From Macrostomum lignano (taxonomy: Eukaryota), in assembly GCA_002269645.1 (NCBI GenBank), contig NIVC01003740.1, positions 15,616 to 79,615 of the forward strand: a stretch of DNA of 64,000 nucleotides, in the 5' to 3' direction. Positions within the stretch are counted from its first letter, which is position 1; every line of letters starts with the position of its first letter. The notes under the pieces were generated by a model that saw nothing but the letters and a program-made list of their open reading frames with translations, was not told where the DNA came from and did not search any database. Positions 50,201 to 61,144 of this stretch are shown in pieces. Made by a program: the position numbers and the translations under genes.

Positions 50201-53200
50201 CACCAGTCCTTTCAACTTTTTATCAAGTACTGTGTTTCATTTTGTGCTCAATTTAAGTGTCATGAATGTCATCAATATAGCGTGAGGCTGTGCAAGCCTC
50301 CGGTTTTGAAGCTCGGCGAAAGGAGATTGAGCATGCTGCGGTCGAGCGAGCACTGAAGAAAGCTGCTGACGAAACGGCTCGGCGAAAGAGACAGGCGGAG
50401 TTCGGCGCTCGATCTGTCCTGCCAAAGGTTCCAAAGAAAAAATGAACATCCACTGAAGAGCCTGCAGTTTTGCTTGACTAACGTTTGACTAGCCAAACAA
50501 AGATTCACGTAAAAGTATTTCTTTCCCTACAGTTACCGACATTGACCAACAATTTAAATATTAAAAGAATTCATTTTAGCTATATAGAATTGAAAACAGA
50601 TTCAGACAACTGGAATATAGCACAAAATTTAGTTGCAAAATTGTTATTACTTATTACTCATCAGCGGTCGTAGCGTCTTGTGTTTTTGTTGGTTGCTCGG
50701 TTCGGTTTCATAATGAACATCAGTAATCTATATTATACACTCAGCAACAGTCAAAACCGCCACCCTACCGAGAGAGGCGACTTCTCTCTCACCTTAACTG
50801 CAAGTGACGTAACTTGCGCCACGGCGTGGCTGGAGCTGGGTGAGAGTGAATGCAGGAGAGGGCAATCAGGGGATGCCCCATCTGCTTCTTTCACCCCACA
50901 TTAGACGGAGCAGGGTGGCTGGTGCGGTCGGAGTTCGCCTGACAATCCGCAGCAGACGTCGATTTGCCCTGGCTGTTGAGCCGCGGAGATCATGGCGCTG
51001 GCTGCCTATGGCTGCGTGCTGAACACTACCAGTATCTTGGGACTTCGTTAACAGCGCCGGAATTGTTGAACGTGATCGGCCAAATTGGCGAGCAACTGCG
51101 CTGATGGATGCACCAGCTTCTACTCGTAGCATGTCAACAGCGCGCCATCGTTCAGCGTCTGTCATATGCCTGACCATTGTCACGTGTACTGTTGCACCCC
51201 AAACCCCAACCTCAGTCCCTTTTGTACTCTCACCCTGGAATTCACTCTCACCTAGCTTTAGCCACGCCGTGGCGCAAGTTGCGTCACTTGCAGTTGAGGT
51301 GGGAGGGAGGTCGCCTCTCTCGGTAGGGTGGCAGTTTTGACTGTTGCTGAGTGTACGCTCGTATGTATGCCTGTCTTATCTTAAGAAAATGCTTGTGTTG
51401 TATGACTACTTCACTGCTTCGGCGTAAATGAGAGTTGCATGCAGTTATTGCAAATTGTAGCAGTTCTTTCTGGTCAAATAGAAGATGGAATTAGAAATGG
51501 AAAGCTAAAAAATAAAGTTGTTTTCGCATACTGGCGCCTTCGGGGTTCGAGATGTGCTAGAGATGCGATGTGTGGATATGCTAGAGGTGGGTATGTGATA
51601 TGCTAGAGATAGGGGAATGGGTATGGGATTTGGGATATGCCAGAGGTGGGATATGGGAAATAGGATCCATGAGATATTAGAGATGGGATCTCTGGAATTC
51701 TAGAGATGGGATCTCTGGGATGCTAGAGATGGGATCTCTGGGATGCTAGAGATGGGATCTCTGGGATGCTAGAGATGGGATCTCTGGGATTCTAGAGATG
51801 GGACACTGTAATAGTTTATGCTAGACTGGATCAGAAAATTGGGTGAGACAACATGGTTTGGTTTGCTGCTGTCACAATTATCATTATTATTCCTCTCTGT
51901 AAAACCGTCAAAGTGTCTGAATCTGAGCTGAGCAAATACCACTGAGAATTAAATATTCTGATTTATGGAATTCGTCTGCGCCCTCTGTACTTCAGCTGTG
52001 AGTACAGCCGTTTTTGCTGAGTTGCCCAACAAAATGTGAATTAATGAGAGGACTCAATCTGAGCTCATTATATATTTTTTTTTCGCGAGGCCCATATGCA
52101 GCAATCAGGCGGAGTTGTTCGCTTTTGCGCAGTGCACTGTACAGGCTCACAGTCATTCAAGTCGCCTCTCCTCTGTCCAGGTGATTCGCAAGGGCTATCT
52201 CACGCTCAACAATGTCTCCCTTATGCGCGGCGGCTCTAAGGAGTGCTGGTTTGTGCTCACCGCTGAGTCGCTCATGTGGTTCAAGGACGAGGAGGTGAGC
52301 TGACCGGCTGACTAGCTGACCCACTGATTCCTCAATGACCCACTGACTCCTTCCCTGAGCCACTGATTTTTCAATGACCCACTGACTCCTTCCCTGACCC
52401 ACCGATTCCTCAATGACCCACTGACTCCTTCCCTGACCCACCGATTCCTCAATGACCCACTGACTCCTTCCCTGACCCACTGATTCTTCAATGACCCACT
52501 GACTCCTTCCCTGACCCACTGATTCCTTTCCTGACCCACTGATTCTTCAATGACCCACTGACTCCTTCCCTGACCCACTGATTCTTCAATGACCCACTGA
52601 CTCCTTCCCTGACCCACTGACTCCTTCCCTGACCCACTGATTCTTCAATGACCCACTGACTCCTTCCCTGACCCACTGATTCTTCAATGACCACTGACTC
52701 CTTCCCTGACCCACTGATTCCTTTCCTGACCCACTGATTCTTCAATGACCCACTGACTCCTTCCCTGACCCACTGAATCTTCAATGACCCACTGACTCCT
52801 TCCCTGACCCACTGATTCTTCAATGACCCACTGACTCCTTCCCTGACCCACTGATTCTTCAATGACCCACTGACTCCTTCCCTGACCCACTGATTCTTCA
52901 ATGACCCACTGACTCCTTCCTGACCCACTGATTCTTCAATGACCCACTGATTCCTTTCCTGACCACTGATTCTTCAATGACCCACTGACTCCTTCCCTGA
53001 CCCACTGAATCTTCAATGACCCACTGACTCCTTCCCTGACCCACTGATTCTTCAATGACCCACTGACTCCTTCCCTGACCCACTGATTCTTCAATGACCC
53101 ACTGACTCCTTCCCTGACCCACTGATTCTTCAATGACCCACTGACTCCTTCCCTGACCCACTGATTCTTCAATGACCCACTGACTCCTTCCCTGACCCAC

Positions 53201-56200
53201 TGATTCTTCAATGACCCACTGCACTCCTTCCCTGACCCACTGACCGACCACATTGCCGCAGGAGCGCGAGAAAAAGTACATGCTGCCCCTTGACGGCCTG
53301 AAGATTCGAGACGGCGAGTCGCGCGGCCTGTTCGGCAAGAAGAACGTCTTCATGCTGTTCCACTCTGAAGGCCGGTGGGTGTTACGTATGCAATCTGTAT
53401 GCAGTTTACAACTCAGCCGCTTATACCCTAAGCTGTGATATGATAAACAGCAGCCCTCCCATCTCCATCCCCCAGCAACACGTACAAAGACTACAAGACG
53501 CTGGAGCTGGCCGCCGAGTCCGCAGACGAAGTGGACAGCTGGAAGGCGTCGTTTCTGCGTGCCGGCGTTTTATCCCGAGCGGGAGAGCCGCGAAACGGAT
53601 GAGGTAAAGCTGCGTCTGGCATGAGTGGCTAGCTGGGTATATTTTGTCAATAATTGCTACTGTCAAGTAGTCCAAAGCGAGACTTTGTTGAGCAGTGTTA
53701 GTGTCGCGTGGGGTCTGTCTGGTTGCAAAAATGCAGTTGGCTGAGTTCGACGAGCCAGTTGGTCACGTGATCGTGCGGTCATACGGTCGCCAAATTATCA
53801 AGTAGATGTAGGGCCCTATTGTACTTTTATTACTCGAATTCGGTCGTTGGTGTACTTTTATTGCTCATTAGTCTCTGTCAGATAGTCGCACATCTCTTTG
53901 TTGCTCTACTAGTACCTAAAGCAGCTATGATTGGCTATTGCTCTCACTCACTGGTTGCACTGAGAATGCTCAGCTATAATTGGCTATTGCTCTCACTCAC
54001 TGGTTGCACTGAGAATGCTCAGCTATAATTGGCTATTGCTCTCACTCGCTGGTTGCACTGAGAATGCTCAGCTATGATTGGCTATTGCTCTCACTCACTG
54101 GTTGCACTGAGAATGCTCAGCTATAATTGGCTATTGCTCTCACTCGCTGGTTGCACTGAGAATGCTCAGCTATGATTGGCTATTGCTCTCACTCACTGGT
54201 TGCACTGAGAATGCTCAGCTATGATTGGCTATTGCTCTCACTCGCTGGTTGCACTGAGAATGCTCAGCTATAATTGGCTATTGCTCTCACTCACTGGTTG
54301 CACTGAGAATGCTCAGCTATGATTGGCTATTGCTCTCACTCACTGGTTGCACTGAGAATACTCAGCTATGATTGGCTATTGCTCTCACTCACTGGTTGCA
54401 CTGAGAATGCTCAGCTATGATTGGCTATTGCTCTCACTCACTGGTTGCACTGAGAATGCTCAGCTATGATTGGCTATTGCTCTCACTCACTGGTTGCACT
54501 GAGAATGCTCAGCTATGATTGGCTATTTCTCTCACTCACTGGTTGCACTGAGAATGCTCAGCTATAATTGGCTATTGCTCTCACTCGCTGGTTGCACTGA
54601 GAATGCTCAGCTATAATTGGCTATTTCTCTCACTCACTGGTTGCACTGAGAATGCTCAGCTATAATTGGCTATTGCTCTCACTCGCTGGTTGCACTGAGA
54701 ATGCTCAGCTATAATTGGCTATTGCTCTCACTCGCTGGTTACACTGAGAATGCTCAGCTATAATTGGCTATTGCTCTCACTCGCTGGTTGCACTGAGAAT
54801 GCTCAGCTATGATTGGCTATTGCTCTCACTCACTGGTTGCACTGAGAATGCTCAGCTATGATTGGCTATTGCTCTCACTCGCTGGTTGCACTGAGAATGC
54901 TCAGCTATAATTGGCTATTGCTCTCACTCACTGGTTGCACTGAGAATGCTCAGCTATGATTGGCTATTGCTCTCACTCACTGGTTGCACTGAGAATACTC
55001 AGCTATGATTGGCTATTGCTCTCACTCACTGGTTGCACTGAGAATGCTCAGCTATGATTGGCTATTGCTCTCACTCGCTGGTTACACTGAGAATGCTCAG
55101 CTATAATTGGCTATTGCTCTCACTCACTGGTTGCACTGAGAATGCTCAGCTATGATTGGCTATTGCTCTCACTCGCTGGTTACACTGAGAATGCTCAGCT
55201 ATAATTGGCTATTGCTCTCACTCGCTGGCTACACTGAGAATGCTCCACCGCCTCAGCAGCTCGGCGAAGATCCCACAGACTCGGACGGTCCGGGCCAGCA
55301 GCCCGACAGCTTGCGCGACCGGCAAGTTGAAATCATTCGCAGCCTGGTCAGCAGCTATTTCCAGATCTGCGTCTCCGAGCACAAAGACCTGTTCCCCAAG
55401 ATCGTGGTGCACCTGCTGGTCAACTGCGTAGGGCTTGATGGGTCTTTGTGACCGCCTGTCTGGCTTCGCGGCTTGGGGGGGGGATATTCGCTGATGATTT
55501 CACTCTGATTCCAGCTGCGATCACGCCTATGCTCCCAGATTGACTCACGCATTGCCTGATTGGCCCGCCACCCCAGCCCGAGCAGGACCTCGGCAGCACG
55601 GATCCGCAGATGGAGCGCCAGGTGGAGACCATCCGCAACCTGGTCGAGTCCTACATGAAAATTGTGGACAAAACCCAGCGGGATATTGTGCCCAAGACTG
55701 TCATTCACATTGTGGTCAATGAGGTAATGCCCTCGGAGCCATGACTGCCGTTCCCCTTCCTAATTGTGATTCCATCAATACTATGCATTGGCTTTAACCA
55801 CTCTAATGAACTGCAATTCACCAATGGATAGGGTTCTCAGCGCTTGTAGCCTTGAAAATTAGTGAACATGATTGATTAATGTTCAGCCCACCTGGCAGTG
55901 CCAATTGCATTCGTTTCATACCTGTCATTAGCCTAATCAGAAACCGAAGTTTCCGAAGTTTAGAGAATACCCAATTTAGAGAATATCAAATGTTAGCCTT
56001 ATCTTGAAAAACCATTCCCAGCCTCAGCTTGTAGACCCAATCCCAGCCTTCAATGTACACCCAATCCCAGCCTCCGATGTACACCCAATCCCAGCCTTCA
56101 ATGTACACCCAATCCCAGCTTCCAGTGTACACCCAATCCCAGCTTCCTGTGTACACCCAATCCCAGCTTCCAGTGTACACCCAATCTCAGCTTCCAGTGT

Positions 56201-59200
56201 ACACCCAATCCCAGCTTCCAGTGTACACCCAATCCCAGCTTCCAGTGTACACCCAATCCCAGCTTCCAGTGTACACCCAATCTCAGCTTCCAGTGTACAC
56301 CCAATCCCAGCTTCCAGTGTACACCCAATCCCAGCTTCCAGTGTACACCCAATCTCAGCTTCCAGTGTACACCCAATCCCAGCTTCCAGTGTACACCCAA
56401 TCCCAGCTTCCAGTGTACACCCAATCCCAGCCTGCACTGTAGGCCAAATCCCACCCACCCGCCCCGCAGTTGAAGGACTTCCTGAAGTCCAGCATGCTGG
56501 CGCAGCTGTACGGCGGCTACGATCAGAACCAACTGATGGAGGAGTCGCCCGAGGAGGCGCAGCGCCGCGAGGAGACGCTGCGCATCTACAAGGCCACCAA
56601 GGAGGCGCTGAAGATCCTCAGTGACGTCTCGGCCAACACCACGCACACGCCGACTCCGCCGCCTGTGAAGGATGACTGGATCCAGCCGGACTCGATGCCC
56701 GCCCCGCAGCCTCCGACTCACGGCCGGCGACCCCGTTGGCGGCGGCCCGCCGTCTCAGCCGCCTCCTGTAGCGGCCGGCCCGCCGTGCCCTCACGACCGG
56801 CGCCCTCTGTACGCGCCCTGGAGGCGCCGGGGCTCCCGGCGGTCAGCTGCCTCCGCCAATGGTGCCACAGTAAGTGCCCAGGCCTCTGGTGTCTTGGGGG
56901 TCTGCGATTTCCTGCATCCCCTATATTGATTGAATAGGCGATCCATGTGTTGCTTTTCTGTAGCTTGATTTGTTGCGCTTCGATTTTAGCTATTCGATTG
57001 GGCGCCAAACTGTGTTTAAAAATTCAATGTAATTTCACTATACAGTATTAGGACTCAGAAGCGCATATAATAAAGCGTTAAGGCACGCCAAACAGGGTGT
57101 CTGAGTAGCGCCAAACAGGGTGTCTGAGTAGCGCCAGACAGGGTGTCTAAGTTGCGCCAAACTGGGTGTTTAAATGGCGCCAGACAGGGTGTCTAAGTAG
57201 CGCCAAACAGGGTGTCTAATTAGCGCCAAACAGGGTGTCTGAGTAGCGCCAGACAGGGTGTCTAAGTTGCGCCAAACAGGGTGTTTAATTAGCGCCAAAC
57301 AGGCGGGTGTCTAAGTTGTGCCAAACAGGGTGTCTGAGTAGCGCCAAACAGGGTGTTTAATTAGCGCCAAACAGGGTGCCTAAATGGCGTCAAATAGGGC
57401 TGTTTAAATAGCGCCAAATAGGGGTGTTTAAACAGCACCAAAAGGGTGGTAAATGGCACCAAAAGGGTGGTAAATGGCACCAAAGGGTGGTAAATGGCAC
57501 CAAAAGGGTGGTAAATGGCACCAAAAGGGTGATAAATGGCACCAAAAGGGTGGTAAATGGCACCAAAAGGGTGGTAAATGGCACCAAAAGGGTGATAAAT
57601 GGCACCAAAAGGGTGGTAAATGGCACCAAAAGGGTGATAAATGGCACCAAAAGGGTGGTAAATGGCACCAAAAGGGTGGTAAATGGCGCCAAAAGGGTGA
57701 TAAATGGCACCAAAAGGGTGGTAAATGGCGCCAAAAGGGTGATAAATGGCACCAAAAGGGTGGTAAATGGCGCCAAAAGGGTGGTAAATGGCACCAAAAG
57801 GGTGATAAATGGCACCAAAAGGGTGGTAAATGCCACCAAAAGGGTGGTAAATGGCGCCAAACATGGGAGTCCAAAAAGCGCCAAATAAAACGCCCAGAAG
57901 CGCGCCGAAAGAAGAATCAATAAAGTATGCATAAAAAACCGAAATAGGCGGTCTCCACTTGCATGGACTCGCTTGCATTCTTTACCTACCAACCCCATCA
58001 GACATCGCGTCAAAATCGCCAGCTCCTGAGTAAGTTGAACTGTTTTGCGGTCGCTTCCCGTTCTGACTGTCCCGTCTGCTGTGTCCGTGCTTTGAGTGCT
58101 GCTTTGAAAACCGTTGCACTCGCTTCGTCTACTGTCAGTCGCATCACAGTTCGGATTTTATTGTTTAGAGCCAATAAAATTTTACTTGCCAATCGTACTG
58201 GCCTTAAAGGCGCACTCGCTCGCACTGAACTCTTTGAACACGCGCTTGTGTAGGAAGCCGCTGGGCCAGCGGTCTGTTTCCACTGGCGCTTTTGGCTTTG
58301 AAGCCGCAGCCGCCGCTTCGTTGGCCGCGTCCTACCAGGCTGCCCAGCCGTTTTCAAAGCAGTAGACTGTCATATTGGACCGCCTGCACCACCGCAATCC
58401 CTGCGGCTGGCAGTGCTGGATTGGATCTCTGGACTCGGATATATCATCTGTCTGTGTTATCTGTGCTTTAACGGTCTTGGATTTTTATATTTATAAAACT
58501 GACAAGTTAAGATGATTATGCATAAGAGCATTGGATAAAATTCTTATCCAGACAAAGATAAATATTCTTGCAGAATTTAGATTAGCAATTTTGTGTTCCT
58601 CCATTGGCTCTGCGCAGCAATACAATTAATTGCCAGCGAATCTTTTATTCGGACTGAAAAACTCCGATCTCATCTTGGTAGCAATTCGTCTCTCGGGCAG
58701 GACAAACTTTTTGGAGTCGGGATCTCGGCACAAGGTCGGACGGGTTCTCGGGACAGTGTCGGGACGGGTTCTCGGGACAGGTCGGGACGGATCTCGGGAA
58801 AACTCGGGACTGGATCTCCGGACAACTCGGGACGGGATCTCCGGACAACTCGGGACGGGATCTCCGGACAGCTTTGGGACGGGGATCTCCGGACAACTTG
58901 GGACGGGATCTCGAGATAGCTCGGGACGGGATCTCGGGACAACTTGGAAAATCTCGGGACAACCTGGAAAAGCTCGGGACAACTTGAAAAGCTCGGGACA
59001 ACTCGGGATCTCAGGACAGCTCGGAACATCTCGGGACAGCTTGGGACGGGATCTCAGGAACACTCGGGATCTCAGGACAGCTCGGGACAGCTTGGTACGG
59101 GATCTCCGGACAACTTGGGACGGGATCTCGAGATAGCTCGGACGGGATCTCGGGACAACTTGGAAATCTCGGACAACCTGGAAAGCTCGGGACAACTTGA

Positions 59201-61144
59201 AAAGCTCGGGACAACTCGGATCTCAGGACAGCTTCGGAACATCTCGGGACAGCTTGGGACGGGATCTCAGGAACACTCGGGATCTCAGGACAGCTCGGGA
59301 CAGCTTGGTACGGGATCTCAGGACAACTTGGGATCTCAGGATAACTCGGGATCTCAGGACCGCTCAGGACAACTCGGGATCTCGGGACAACTCAGGATCT
59401 CGGGACAGCTTGGGACGGGATCTCAGGACAACTCGGGATCTCAGGACAACTCGGGATCTCGGGACAGCTCCGGACGGGATCTCGGGACAACTCGGGATCT
59501 CAGGACAACTCGGGATCTCAGGACCGCTCGGGAAAACTTGGGATCTCGGGACGGGAACTCGAGACAGGATCTCGGGATCTCAAGACAGAATCTCATGACA
59601 ACTCGAGACGAGATCTCAGTACTTGATTTGGCCATAATCACAATCGGAACATCCATATATTACAAACTTTTACTCCATTACTCTACTGCGAGCGTAACAG
59701 CCTTCAGACTGTGAACCACAGGCTCAGAAGAGATATCTGCACAGCTGTTTAGCATATTTATTATACTTGAGAAAAATCTTCCGCTTTCATTCTTCAAACA
59801 TTTTTTCTTTTTCGCTATCTCAACAATAATTTAGAAGCTTGCATACTGCCTAAATAGTCACATTTTCAAAAACTCCTCCCTCAACCGTGGCAGGATTCTG
59901 GAATGGAGATGGAATCCCATTCTAGCACTGCCCGGAATCCCCCTAAAGTCGCAGCTGGCACTCAGCTAAGCTTCAATCCGACTGCCTTTTGCTCTCTATT
60001 TAACCGGCTGATCAATGCGGTGGAAATGTTTCAACTGGATACTTGCTACACGCTACTTACTACTGCCTGCTCTTCTTCAGCAGTAGTGCAATACGCTTAT
60101 TAGACGTATTTTTGCTATTTGTTCAATTTCCGTCACCGATTGTAGGCGAGCTGTGAATGACAGCCACGGCCTGCCGCCGCCCCTGCTGCCTGCGTGAGTA
60201 GCGAGCCGCCGGGCCCTCGCTTCCCTCATCGGCTTTTTTATCCTCGCTCATTTTTATTTGCCTGAGTGGCATTCTGTTGCTTGATCGCATGCTCCTTTTT
60301 GCTTTAGAAGCAGTCAGATTTAATTGCCAATATTTCCTTAAGTATTATTTTTATTTTAAAGTATACTTTTCACTGCATACAAACACAAGTTTATGTCTTG
60401 CATGCTCGTATGAAAATATTTTGGCAAATTATACTCACCCACTCATTATGGCTGTTGTGCCACCCTCCCAGATCCTCAGTTGCTGTACCAGCCTCCCAGA
60501 TCCTCAGTTGCTGGGCCAGCCTCCCAGATCCTCAGTTGCTGGGGCAGCCTCCAAGATCCTCAGTTGCTGGGCCAGCCTCCCAGATCCTCAGTTGCTGGGC
60601 CAGCCTCCCAGATCCTCAGTTGCTGGCCAGCCTCCAAGATCCTCTGTTGCTGGGCAAGCCTCCCAGATCCTCAGTTGCTGGGCCAGCCTCCAAGCTCCTC
60701 AGTTGCTGGGCCAGCCTCCCAGAGTGTCAGTTGCTGAGGCCAGCCTCCCTGAGTGTCAGTTGCTGAGGCCAGCCTCCAGATCCTCTGTTGCTGGGCCAGC
60801 CTCCCAGATCCCCAGTTGCTGGGCCACCGCCGCCCTCCCATGCCCAGGGTGCGGGGCGCCAGACCCAGCACCAGGATCAGTATTGCATGTTCGTGTTGTT
60901 GCAAAGCCAAAAAGCGGCACATTTCTCATAGACTCCGAGCTATCGTATACTAGGATTCGACTCTGCTTGTCTAGAAAGCTCGCATAGAAACTGTTTCAGC
61001 GGTTCGGCAGCCGACCCCCCCCCTGCACCGTCCCGCAGGCGGCCAACATCCGGCACGCCGCCCATTCCGTCCAGGCCGAACATGGCTGATTGTTTCTGGG
61101 CGCCTAGCAACCGATCGAGCCTTGATTACGAGTTTCGAACATAA
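38214..61144 (+). CDS. DNM: Classical dynamin (GTPase, middle, PH, GED, PRD)
   Basis: Exons: 38214-38392 (GSQSAGKSS), 44457-44530 ([12 protein letters not shown]), 45399-45742 (DLPG), 45834-45987 (TKLD), 46198-46459, 46658-46790, 49084-49151, 49600-49896, 49980-50028, 52181-52294, 53262-53374, 53476-53603 (PH; one extra T), 55577-55723, 56470-56869 and about 61000-61144 (PPIPSRP). The 3' end and PRD frame are uncertain. Confidence 0.93.
41501..41786. mobile_element. 286-bp hAT-type MITE in dynamin intron 1
   Basis: Perfect 14-bp TIR CATACATGCGCAAC; 8-bp TSD TCAACTGT at 41493-41500 and 41787-41794. Confidence 0.9.
43666..44052. mobile_element. 387-bp hAT (Charlie-like) MITE in dynamin intron 1
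   Basis: Imperfect TIR CAGGGGTTTGCAAACT / CAGGGATGGGCAAACT; 8-bp TSD CTCTAGGG at 43658-43665 and 44053-44060; GA-rich interior. Confidence 0.88.
44625..45382. repeat. 30-bp minisatellite, dynamin intron 2
   Basis: Unit ACCCCACTGCCATCTCCAACACCCGCCCTG, grading from a variant ACCCCACCACCATCTTCAAGACCTTCCCTG. Confidence 0.95.
46002..46127. repeat. 23-bp minisatellite, dynamin intron 4
   Basis: Unit ACTGCTCAGACTCTACTCCACTG, starting at the donor. Confidence 0.9.
46905..47356. repeat. 45-bp minisatellite, dynamin intron 6
   Basis: Unit CCAGTGCTGGAGTACAAAGATTTTATCGCTACATATCGGATTCTT. Confidence 0.95.
47440..47915. repeat. 26-bp minisatellite, dynamin intron 6
   Basis: Unit GAGCCAGAATAGAAGCAGAGGGCACT. 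Confidence 0.95.
48375..48850. repeat. 24-bp minisatellite, dynamin intron 6
   Basis: Unit CACTGAGACAAACAATTGGGCAGA. Confidence 0.95.
49295..49562. repeat. 21-bp minisatellite, dynamin intron 7
   Basis: Unit CCCATTTCCCATGTTGAGAGT. Confidence 0.93.
50281..50445 (+). other. Candidate alternative terminal exon or orphan coding fragment in dynamin intron 9
   Basis: TAG at 50278-50280, then a phase-0 open frame [60 protein letters not shown] at about 50560. Confidence 0.35.
50738..51353 (-). mobile_element. Internally deleted Tc1-like transposon (616 bp) retaining the N-terminal HTH region
   Basis: ~114-bp TIRs starting CACTCAGCAACAGTCAAAA (50738-50851 / 51240-51353) with TA on both flanks. Minus ORF 50866-51183 ([30 protein letters not shown]) is a Tc1/Tc3-like HTH. 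No DDE domain. Confidence 0.88.
51590..51805. repeat. Degenerate 23-bp repeat, dynamin intron 9
   Basis: Unit approximately TGCTAGAGATGGGATCTCTGGGA. Confidence 0.85.
52313..53243. repeat. 39-bp minisatellite filling dynamin intron 10
   Basis: Unit CTGATTCTTCAATGACCCACTGACTCCTTCCCTGACCCA. Confidence 0.95.
53925..55243. repeat. 49-bp minisatellite (~27 copies), dynamin intron 12
   Basis: Unit ATGATTGGCTATTGCTCTCACTCACTGGTTGCACTGAGAATGCTCAGCT. Confidence 0.96.
55257..55427 (+). CDS. Diverged duplicate of the dynamin GED-start exon (candidate alternative exon)
   Basis: CAG acceptor and GT donor, phase 0/0. Encodes [57 protein letters not shown], with 18/35 identity to exon 55577-55723. Confidence 0.75.
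56015..56435. repeat. 24-bp minisatellite before the last GED exon
   Basis: Unit CCCAATCCCAGCTTCCAGTGTACA. Confidence 0.95.
57085..57860. repeat. Adjacent 23-bp and 21-bp minisatellites
   Basis: GCGCCAAACAGGGTGTCTGAGTA (57085-57420), then GGCACCAAAAGGGTGGTAAAT (57430-57860). Confidence 0.93.
58254..58365 (+). other. Candidate alternative last exon of dynamin
   Basis: TAG acceptor at 58251-58253. Phase-2 frame [38 protein letters not shown]-rich. Confidence 0.4.
58720..59615. repeat. Complex degenerate repeat built on GGGATCTC / GGACAACTC modules
   Basis: Direct reading; higher-order blocks recur (for example about 58950-59160 and 59170-59310). Confidence 0.9.
60455..60830. repeat. ~28-bp minisatellite in the last dynamin intron
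   Basis: Unit GCCTCCCAGATCCTCAGTTGCTGGGCCA. Confidence 0.92.
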
